Shown here one piece after another: positions 48,409 through 58,202 of a stretch of 64,000 nt of DNA (positions are counted from its first letter, which is position 1; every line of letters begins with the position of its first letter). Where the stretch lies: assembly GCA_903813345.2 (NCBI GenBank), contig CAIIXF020000001.1, positions 27,404,001-27,468,000 on the forward strand, read 5' to 3'. The notes under the pieces are model-generated. The model was given only the letters and a program-made list of their open reading frames with translations. It was not told the origin of the DNA and made no database searches. The DNA is from Owenia fusiformis. Taxonomy: Eukaryota. A program made the position numbers and the translations under genes.

Positions 48409-50278
48409 TATAGCGTTGCCGGAAGTGATGCATTGTGGGTGATGTGTTAAATAAATGATTACTGATATAAGTACCCTAAATGTGTCACAATTCTATGAAT
48501 GAAAGTGCAAAATTTGCCTAAGTGTGTGTACTACTCATAACAATGTGAATATGAAATCACATATAGCAAGTAAAGCAGTTAATTGTAATAAAGGTAGCGT
48601 GTAGATTTGTTTGCATTGATATTTACATTTGTGATTATGTAAAATGTAATTAAGCCTCATAAAGAGGCATGAAGCTTTTATGTATTTTGTAACATTGTAA
48701 TTGTAGTATGAAAAGAAAATATATCTTCATCTATTTATTGCGCTGTATGCCCATCGAAGGTGTCTCTTCTGTAGCACTGAGGAATTATTGTAGCGGTAAC
48801 GTGCGGTATAAACTTAAAGCTTATAGGTTCCAAGCATATGCAGGCGTCACATAGTGCATGACATCTATGGCTGGCGTCCCATCACAGACTGACATCAAAG
48901 TAACATCCTGGTTAGGCCAGTGCCCTCAGCTAGTCATCACCTCAGTTAACCTCATCATAGGGATCCCAGTGCATCAAGAATCAAAGAAAAATAGCACGTT
49001 TACGCGATACCACGATATTACACACTGAGGTTTAGCTTCTAGAGCATCACTACTGGGTGATGCTCTAATATGTTCATTTATACATTATTATACTGTATTT
49101 GACATAAGACCTTTAATAAGTGAATTGTCAAATATCCTTGTACAGGATATAAATTAGTACAGGGCCTTTAAATATTGAATTGTCAAATATCCTTGTACAG
49201 GATATAAATTAATACAAGGCCTTTAATTGACAAATATCCTTGGACAGTATATGAATTTATACAGGGCCTTTAATTGACAAATATCCTTGGACAGGATACG
49301 AATTTATACAGGGCCTTTAATTGACAAATATCCTTGGTCAGGATATGAATTTATACAGGGCCTTTAATTGACAAATATCCTTGGACAGTATATGAATTTA
49401 TACAGGGCCTTTAATTGACAAATATCCTTGGACAGGATATGAATTTATACAGGGCCTTTAATTGACAAATATCCTTGGACAGGATATGAATTTATACAGG
49501 GCCTTTAATATTGAATTGTCAAATATCCTTGTACAGGATATAAATTAATACAGTGCCTTTAATTGACAAATATCCTTGGACAGGATACAAATTTATACAG
49601 GGCCTTTAATTGACAAATATCCTTGGACAGGATATGAATTTATACAGGGCCTTTAATTATTCTTGTGCAGAATATATTATGTGAAGACATCGGCATCTGG
49701 ACGATTGGCTCAAGTATAAACCCCGGGTTTTGGTCTCATCGAAGATCCCCGGGTGATTTCGATCCCCGGGTGATTTCTATCTTTCCTTTTCAATCCTTAT
49801 TTCTCATAGAAAACACCAAGAAAACTGAATTTAACTTTCTATATACATCTATTTACACTTTATATACGTTTTCCCACCCCCCTAGTACATAATTTGTGTT
49901 ATATTCTTACATTTTTACTAGATTTTGTTCAAGAGCTTCAAGATTTGATCTTCCCGCTTTCGAAAGCTACCTGTGCACTGCGCATGTCCAAGACAGTCCA
50001 AGACGCCACAAATGGCAATTGACGCACCGCGCATGCGTCCCGGAAGTTAAGAAAGTCTAAACTTCCGGTAAAAACAAACGTGAACATTTTATGTTTATAC
50101 TTGAAAATGAGAAGATAGTAAGAGATTACATTAATATAAAATGATATAAGAATGCTGAAATATAATGCAAGTACAGGATCGAACTAATGAATTGAACAGT
50201 TGAAGGTAAGAAAGTATGGCACGTAAAAGATCAGGTGAAATGAATTTGTAAATTTTCTGAGTTCCTAAAAATGCTACA
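48409..50278 (-). repeat. 5' LTR
   Basis: 1870 bp; the only mismatch I spotted against the 3' LTR is A39124 versus G48501. Confidence 0.97.
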
Positions 50279-50282
50279 CTAC

Positions 50283-50541
50283 TAACACATGGTATCACAT
50301 AAGCGTAACGTGGAGCGCAACTGGCGGACAGAATGTGTACATCAATGGCATACTCAAAGCGTCAAACTCCAACCCATATACCAGAACTAATTCACCAACA
50401 TCATACAACAACTTCAAACTCGGAGTCACAAACAGCTACAATGGGTATTATGGAAACGGAATGCTGGATGAATTCCGTTTCTACGAGGTAGAACTAAGTT
50501 CTTCTGATATAGCCGCGATATATTCAGTCGATAACATTTGA
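50283..50541 (+). CDS. LamG terminal exon, 3' part (resumes after the Gypsy element)
   Basis: Removing the element and one CTAC restores aat att gct act aac aca tgg (NIATNTW), followed by YHISVTW..VYINGIL..FKLG..GNGMLDEFRFYEVELSSSDIAAIY..stop. Confidence 0.88.
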
Positions 50542-52062
50542 TTTATGATAAGCATTTTAAATGACATTGTGTATACTTTTCATGGTTACCATGTACAATG
50601 GACATAGTCACTCATGAGACGGGCAAGTGCTGCGTAAAACATTTAACAGAAATAGAAATTTGAAAATCAATTGACAGTATCAAATTTTTTATACCTTAAA
50701 GTGTCTCAGATATTCGATCAAAACTTGCCATGCAAACATGTTAGTCTACTTTACTGGCCCCCCTTGCTGTAACAATGAACAGAAAACACATTAAAACGTA
50801 AACATAAACCAATTAGTCACTTCACTATGAAAGTGAGGGGTGTTAGCAAATGTGTATTAGCAGAATACGCTGTGTGCATGGACTAACACAATATCAGTGG
50901 TCATTTATTGTGTCAACTTAGTTACCCTTGCATATCGTGCTCACTCAAGCATTGAATAATTTTTTTTATGATCTAAATGTTTGTGGTTTATAAAAAAATG
51001 TGATATATTTTAGTTAGAAATACATTAATAAATATATTCATTCAAACAGCACTAGAATGCGGGAAGAAAGAGCAATGGTGACAAAATGCAGACAGGATTT
51101 TCCGTAAGGGTTTCAAACATTTCTGGACACAATCATACATGTACTTCATGTGTACTGTTATTTTTAGTGATGTATTTATATATATAATTTCACGTATTAA
51201 AATCATATTTTCCAGCAATGACTTCAAATTCGGAACCACACCCATATCACATTTTCTTCAATAACTCCAAACATGTGTAAACATTGACCATGTGCATATA
51301 AATTCAGATTTCACGAGCTCTTTCCTATTCGAGTACCTCATACACCCCTGCATGGATTTGAGTTGGATTCGCCTTTTATACGTGAGCCGATACACATCGC
51401 AAACGCTGATTGGATAAAGATTGCGAGAATCTTTAAAATGCATCGCCTATTCATTTGGCCCATCTATTTCTAATAGGCTCTAGGCTCCGTCATGGTCGCC
51501 ACAACGTTTACATATCGAACCTTTAAATATGCACAGAATTTCCCAATACCATAGTCGGTTATGTGGGCTGTATGGGACCCGGGTCTATGGGATGGAGTAC
51601 AGGGTGGGCCAAAAAACGTCCATATTTTTGTTTTCGCTACAACATTTATTACAGACAAATGTTTAAATCATATATCATTAGAAAGACAATTCAATTTTCA
51701 ACAAAATTATACTAGTATATAATTTATTTCAGATAGGTAAGAATTTGTTTTTAGAAATAATGTTTCGATTACCACAGGGTTCAAAATCATGATTTACCGA
51801 TTGCTGAAGACGAAATGCTAAAACTGACCAGACTGATATAAACCCTATATCAGCTTTGGGTATATAAGTCTAATTATATATAGAAGGTCAAAATTGTTGA
51901 TTTATGTATCAAATGAAAGCAAATAAAGGATAGGTATCGATATGGTGAACTGAATTCAACAATGTATTTCTCTTCAACCAATTATTGAAAACATTCTGTA
52001 AAAAACACTATCCTTTATGTAATGTTTACTGATTGACTACAATTTAATGCAAAAATTATTTA

Positions 52063-55000
52063 CAGGGTGTCCCGAAAGTATGGGGCCCCCTAGGCAGACA
52101 TATACCAGTGTTGTCATAGTATGTGTCATATATCATTTTAAAGCTTATCCAAAGTTACATTGATTCACCAAGTATCATGGTTCAACTCTCAAATGTGAGA
52201 AAATTCCAGGCATTTCAAAATTGAGTGTTTGGTCAAAATTAAGTTAAATTTTACACCAATTAAATCACGAGTCAATGTGTCCTCCCGGGCCAACTTAACA
52301 GCAGCAATTCTTTTCAGGTCGGAGGGTCAGATTGCTTCATTTCCATGAGACACTTTATCCTTACTGGGGTTGTGGCAGGCAGGTTTTGGGTTGGGACTGG
52401 GGCATGGGTGACTAGACAAGGGGTCGGATAGACCTAATACAACAATGGAGGGTGACTATTGGCCTATTCAACCATCTACATATACTTAAACAACCTAAAT
52501 GCCGACAAAATAGAATTCCAATAACTAGAGACTTGCTCTTTTTTGAATTGATCAAACCCCCCCTCGTGATGTATATGCTCTTATATGCATACCTGAGATT
52601 CTTCGACATATCATATGTGATCTATGGGATTTTACTATTGTTGTATCTGGTCAGTTGCATAACAACTTGTCTTTTCCTTCCACTGTTGATAATATACCAT
52701 ATAAATCAGCATCTCAAATACATTGTGAGTCCTTACTCCCTATGTTTGACCTTAAAAGTTCTAGCAACCAGTTGTGTTGTACCTGGAATTTGCATATTAA
52801 CATTTGCTCCAAACTTGAAAATGTTATTACTTCTTATAGCAGGAGATGTCCATCCTAATCCAGGTCCGAACAATCTTTCATTTTTGTTTTCCAATATAAA
52901 TAGCCTCTCAGCAAATGGGGGTACACGATTTGACTCTTTGAAACTAAGAATAAATGAACTTAATCCAAGCATTATTGGCCTTTGTGAGGCTGGAATTTCC
53001 AAATCCAAAATGGATTCGGGTGATTTTGACATTAATAATTATAATGTTTTTTACAGTGAAAGAGGTAGAGGTCTGGTAATTTATACTCATAAAACCCTAG
53101 TGACAAAAATCTCTAATGACTTTATCATAGATGGGCTTGACATCCTGTTAGTAACTGTTATTGTGAACCATAAACGAATTTTATTTGGCTCTTGCTACAG
53201 GTCACCCAGTCAGAATGCAACAGAAACAAGAAATTATTTTTCATTATTGGAAACTCAACTTGATCAAATAGTAACATCTCAGCCGGCCTTTGACCATGTC
53301 ATACTGATGGGTGACCTGAATGCAAAACATTCAATCTGGTATGATAATGATGACATAAACTTAGCAGGAACTAAACTCTTAGAAACCATAGATAACCAAG
53401 ACTTTGTACAACTTGTTAGTGAACCAACTAGAATAACTGATCACTCCAAATCCTGCATTGATCATATTTTGACCGATTCTCCAGATATTTTTGACAACTG
53501 GGATGTCACTGATCCCATTGAAAAAACCGACCACAGCACAATTGTAGCTCAAATTAAAGTTGGTGTGACTAAGTCCAAGCCTATTAAAAAAACCATTTGG
53601 AAATACCATGAAGCTAATCTTGAAACTTTGAATGATGCTATTAGAAATACCGAATGGACAGATATTATCGATAGAAACATAGACTTGGACTTAGCTACCT
53701 CTAACTTTATTGAAAAACTCTCGGACATATACAAATCCAAAATTCCAAATAAAATCATCACTGTAAGGTCAAATGACCAGCCATGGTTCAATGATAATCT
53801 TAAACGTGAAATATCAAAAAAGAAAGTTTTATATAAGAAATTTTCAAAAGCTCCTAATCAAGTTAACAAATTCAATTATAATCAACAAGCTTCTAAAGTT
53901 TCCCAACTAATTGAACAAGCCAAAGAGGCACATGAACTCAAAACTATCTCATCAATTGACCAACTCAATAAATCTGATAAAAACTATTGGAGGTTAATTA
54001 AATCATTCCTTGGTAACAATTTACATAAAAATGATATTTCTAGTATCTATGATGATGTCTCTGGACACGACTTATCTAACAACCTTGATATAGCTAACCG
54101 ATTTATGAGTTTCTTTGCCTCAAAAAATCATACTGATGCAACTTTTGATCAATTGCCCCATTTCCCAATTAGGACTAATTCTCTACTCATTTCCGCCCAG
54201 ACCGATCAATTTGAGGTAATGAAAATAATTTTGTCCTTAGACACCTCAAAGGCATGTGGCCCAGATAACATCACAAACAAAATGTTGAATTTGACAGCCC
54301 ATACCATTTCAAAACCTTTAGCCAACTTATTCAACAAACTTTTATCAAAGTGTACCTACCCGGATATCTGGAAAATTGGAAATGTTTGCCCAATTTTTAA
54401 GAAGAATGACAAATCAAACATCAACAATTATAGACCTATCACTCTTTTAAGCTGTATCTCTAAAGTATTTGAAAAAGTAATAGCTGATCGAATCAGGAAG
54501 CATTTAATTGACAATAATCTTCTTTTCAAACATCAGTCCGGATTCTTACCAGGTCATAGTACTATTCATCAACTTTTATCTATTGAACATTTTCTTCAGA
54601 GCACATTTGAACAAGGAAAAGCTTCCAAAACAATTTTTCTAGATATAGCGGCTGCATTTGACAGAGTACCACATAAGCTACTACTTCATAAACTTTCAGC
54701 ATATGGCTTCCAAGGGCAAATTCAAAAAATTATCAAATCTTACCTTACTAACAGAAAAATTGCTGTGCAGATATCTGGGGAACTTTCAAATTATTCTGAA
54801 AATGACTTTATCAATTGTGGTGTCCCCCAGGGCTCAATACTTGGGCCAATATTATTTCTCCTATACATTAATGACCTTCCAGACAATCTGGAGGGGCATT
54901 GCTATATTTATGCGGATGACACTTCTCTACATCATCCTTTTGACCCTAAGCATCCACAAGAAGTAGATGCAATAGCCAGATCTAACCTAATTAAAATTGA

Positions 55001-56691
55001 AAAATGGTCTGACACCTGGAAATTGGAGTTTAAACCTGAAAAGAGTTCTGAAATGATATTCCACTCATCCAGATCTAAAGTCGATAATGTTTCTGTTTCA
55101 AAGTTAAACAATGTTGAAATTACCAGAGATCACGAGCACAAACATCTGGGATTTACTTTTGACCCAAGCTTATCATATGACAAGCATATTGGAGAAATCA
55201 TATCAAAAATACGAAAAATGTTGAACCCTTTAAAGAAACTTAAATATAAGTTAGGTAGTAAGCATCTAGAAACCATATTTAAGTCCTTTATTTTACCCCA
55301 TTTTGACTATGGTGCTATCATGTACAGCACAGCCTCAAAGTTCCTATTACAACGACTCGACAGTCTTTATTATAAAGCTGCACTTTATTGTTCTGGGTGT
55401 ATCCAAGGGAGCAGTTCAAAAAAGGTTTTAAACCTACTCAATTGGCCAACTCTTGAATCAAGACGCAGTATCCAGATTAACAACTTTATGTTCAAAATTG
55501 TAAATGGTACAAGTCCTCCCTATGTAACTGATATTTTTGACAAATTTAGAAACCAAGCAAACAGAGTATTGAGATATAATGAAGCATTTAAAATGCCCAT
55601 TAGATGCTCAAATAGGTTCTCCACCTCAGCAATACCAGCTGCAATTTCAAATTGGATCAATCTTCCACCTGCTATTAAATCTAAGAATACTCTTTCGAAT
55701 TTTAAAAAACACCAAAGAGTACATTTCCAAAAAACGCCCTCGATTTTGTCAACAAGCCAGCTTAATCTAACAAGGGTTCAAGAAATAGTTCTCAATAAAG
55801 TGAGAGCTGACCTATACTTCAAAGCCCAGTTCTACGCTCACAACTTTCAGTCTATTGACAGCCCTAATTGCACTTGTGGAAAACCACAAACTCTGAAACA
55901 TTTTCTCTTTCAATGTGACTTACTTACTATACAAAGACAGCAATTCATGGACAAACTCACTGATCTCGAACCAAACATCTTCAGTCATAATCTCTCTCAA
56001 ACTGATTTCATAGCTATCTTGAAAACAGGAATTCCCAAATTAAACATAGATGCAAATTCCCAAATACTACTTCTCATTGTTAATTTTATCAAAGACAATA
56101 GCTAATTCCCTCCTTCTTATCCATCTCTAGTATCCTCAAGTCCCGTCACACCTGCCCTAGTCCAAGACCCTGCCTGCTCTGCCACTTCTACTTCCACCTG
56201 CCCCCTATTCTTATATAATGCCATTGTGGCGATTTAAGAATTTACATGTCTGTATTTACATTTTTTGTATTCTATTGAAATAAATTTAATAATAAAAAAA
56301 ATAAAAGGGATATTCAGTTGGAAAAAGAGAACGGTGAGGGTAGAAACTCTAAGGAAACTCTTCTAAAGTCCCTTAACAGGTTTTAAGAGGGTTATAAAAT
56401 TCCACACCCCTATTTGAAGGGCTTTTAAGGTCATATCTGAAAATAATTGCTGCTGTTAACATGGCCAAGGGGGAGACATTGACTAGTAATGTGGTGTAAA
56501 ATTGAACTTTATTTTGACAAAACACTAACTTTTAAAATGACTGTAACTTTTTCCCGTTTGGGAATTAAACCATGATACTTGGCAAATCAATGTAACTTTG
56601 GATAAGCTTTAAAATGATATATGACACATACTATGAGGACACTGGAATATGTTTGCCTAGGGGGGGGGGGGCATACTTTCGGGGCACCCTG
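52063..56691. mobile_element. Tc1/mariner-type foldback MITE with ~255-bp TIRs, hosting the LINE
   Basis: ta|cagggtgtcccgaaagtatg...catagtatgtgtcatatatcattttaaagcttatccaaagttacattgatt is the reverse complement of 56437-56691|ta. Confidence 0.85.
52452..56105 (+). CDS. Intact CR1-group LINE ORF: hydrophobic leader, 2A-like motif, AP endonuclease, RT, CCHC finger (element ~52365-56306)
   Basis: APE motifs SNINSL, LCE, CYRSP, GDLN, IDHI, TDH; RT motifs GPDNI, YRPITL, QSGF, AFDRV, GVPQGSILGP, YADD; CTCG..HFLFQC; AATAAA and A-rich tail at 56278-56306. First ATG is at 52569. Confidence 0.95.
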   Translation: MTIGLFNHLHILKQPKCRQNRIPITRDLLFFELIKPPLVMYMLLYAYLRFFDISYVIYGILLLLYLVSCITTCLFLPLLIIYHINQHLKYIVSPYSLCLTLKVLATSCVVPGICILTFAPNLKMLLLLIAGDVHPNPGPNNLSFLFSNINSLSANGGTRFDSLKLRINELNPSIIGLCEAGISKSKMDSGDFDINNYNVFYSERGRGLVIYTHKTLVTKISNDFIIDGLDILLVTVIVNHKRILFGSCYRSPSQNATETRNYFSLLETQLDQIVTSQPAFDHVILMGDLNAKHSIWYDNDDINLAGTKLLETIDNQDFVQLVSEPTRITDHSKSCIDHILTDSPDIFDNWDVTDPIEKTDHSTIVAQIKVGVTKSKPIKKTIWKYHEANLETLNDAIRNTEWTDIIDRNIDLDLATSNFIEKLSDIYKSKIPNKIITVRSNDQPWFNDNLKREISKKKVLYKKFSKAPNQVNKFNYNQQASKVSQLIEQAKEAHELKTISSIDQLNKSDKNYWRLIKSFLGNNLHKNDISSIYDDVSGHDLSNNLDIANRFMSFFASKNHTDATFDQLPHFPIRTNSLLISAQTDQFEVMKIILSLDTSKACGPDNITNKMLNLTAHTISKPLANLFNKLLSKCTYPDIWKIGNVCPIFKKNDKSNINNYRPITLLSCISKVFEKVIADRIRKHLIDNNLLFKHQSGFLPGHSTIHQLLSIEHFLQSTFEQGKASKTIFLDIAAAFDRVPHKLLLHKLSAYGFQGQIQKIIKSYLTNRKIAVQISGELSNYSENDFINCGVPQGSILGPILFLLYINDLPDNLEGHCYIYADDTSLHHPFDPKHPQEVDAIARSNLIKIEKWSDTWKLEFKPEKSSEMIFHSSRSKVDNVSVSKLNNVEITRDHEHKHLGFTFDPSLSYDKHIGEIISKIRKMLNPLKKLKYKLGSKHLETIFKSFILPHFDYGAIMYSTASKFLLQRLDSLYYKAALYCSGCIQGSSSKKVLNLLNWPTLESRRSIQINNFMFKIVNGTSPPYVTDIFDKFRNQANRVLRYNEAFKMPIRCSNRFSTSAIPAAISNWINLPPAIKSKNTLSNFKKHQRVHFQKTPSILSTSQLNLTRVQEIVLNKVRADLYFKAQFYAHNFQSIDSPNCTCGKPQTLKHFLFQCDLLTIQRQQFMDKLTDLEPNIFSHNLSQTDFIAILKTGIPKLNIDANSQILLLIVNFIKDNS

Positions 56692-57092
56692 TATATATAT
56701 TTTATATAACTGTTTTTGTTAAAAAAAAATGTTTTTTTGGTGCTATTATTTCTTGTTCCCTTCTACAAATTCTTGAGAATTAGATAAAATGTCTTTCCGA
56801 ACATTGTTGGAACAAAATAACATATACAACATTTTCTTAGACCTCTCAATATTATAGTTATACAAAGGAAATTTTGGTTGATTTTACCGAAAGTATGCAA
56901 AAACTTAAAACAAAAACCCTCAAAATAGATAAAAATTAAGATAAATATTTTATTTCATTAACAAGATACTTTTTTAAAATCAACCAAACTTTCCTTTATA
57001 CAATTACAATATTGAAAGACCTAAACACATTGTGTTTATGTCGTTTTGTTCCAATGAGGTTCGGATAGATGTTTCATTTCATTCCGAACATA

Positions 57093-57801
57093 CACTCCCC
57101 TCCATAAGTTTGGCAACCTTAGCTCCCATATTGAACTACGTGCTAAAGCCTCTTTACCTTTAAATTTTACTTCAAATTTTACTTATCCTGCGATGAAAAT
57201 AATTATACTATTAATGAAAACGTAATTTGACTTTATTTGCAATACCTCCAAATTTTGGCAATTACAATAAGTCGAAAATTGATGATACCCGTGTCAACCA
57301 ATGGGAAATGGTAGGTTTGCCGCAAGTCATATGACAGAATATCCATCCATCCGAGTCCTTGCAAAAATACGAGTTAGGCAGGCAATTGAATTTGCTTTAT
57401 TTAACAAAAAATTGATATGTTTCTTCGGGTTCAACAAAGTAATAGGGTTTTAAAGTCGAAATTGTTTTTCAAAAACCTCTCCCATTGAAATAACACAGGA
57501 GGCGAAAAGTTATTTTCAAAAATTAATTTGAGGCGCTGTAACTTTAGTATTCATCAAATAAACTAAACACTTAGCGTACAAAAAAGTTAGACAATTCAAT
57601 TTTCTATATAAAAATATTTTTTGCTGAATCTTTTACTGAAAAGATATCCCGATTTCTGATTTGCCCCAAACCCTCAATTTCCCATTGGATAGCATAGGAA
57701 TGACGATTTTCAAAAAATCATCTAACTTATCATCAATTTTCGACCTATTGTAATTGAGGAAAAAAATTGAGAAAATTTGGAGGTAATTACGGAAGGGAGT
57801 G
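57093..57801. mobile_element. Tc1-like MITE (CACTCCC termini, TA TSD) inserted in a foldback element spanning ~56700-57850
   Basis: ta|cactcccctccataagtt ... aattacggaagggagtg|ta; the flanking 56790-57070 region is self-complementary. Confidence 0.6.
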
Positions 57802-57854
57802 TATGATACCAAGAACAAAACAAGTGTCTGATGTGTTTCCTAAAACAATATGTA

Positions 57855-58202
57855 CAGGGTGGTCCAAAAAAATGGGACACTCGTATTTCAAAAATAAATA
57901 TTGATTTTCTTGATGAAAACATGTCATATTATATACCAGTGGATAGGGAATTTACTTATCTTTAATTTGGTATATCATAAGTTCAAATTAATTATAATTT
58001 CTGTCAACCAGCGTCTATAATATAAATGATGTCATTTTCATTTCAAAACGGGTTCTCCAAAACTTGCAAAAACCAAGTTTTTGTCAACTTTATTTACATA
58101 AACAGATACTCAATATGCCCACCATTTTGATCAAATTTAGCCCTCAATTTTGGCCTAAACTATTTTTGAAATACGAGTGTCCCATTTTTTTGGACCACCC
58201 TG
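57855..58202. mobile_element. Tc1/mariner MITE with ~42-bp perfect TIRs, TA TSD
   Basis: cagggtggtccaaaaaaatgggacactcgtatttcaaaaata versus tatttttgaaatacgagtgtcccatttttttggaccaccctg. Confidence 0.9.

Larger units (their letters stand above)
39032..50278 (-). mobile_element. Full-length Gypsy/Ty3 LTR retrotransposon (11,247 bp), 4-bp TSD CTAC
   Basis: Two 1870-bp near-identical LTRs; CTAC at 39028-39031 and 50279-50282; PBS, PPT, gag and pol in PR-RT-RH-IN order. Confidence 0.97.
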
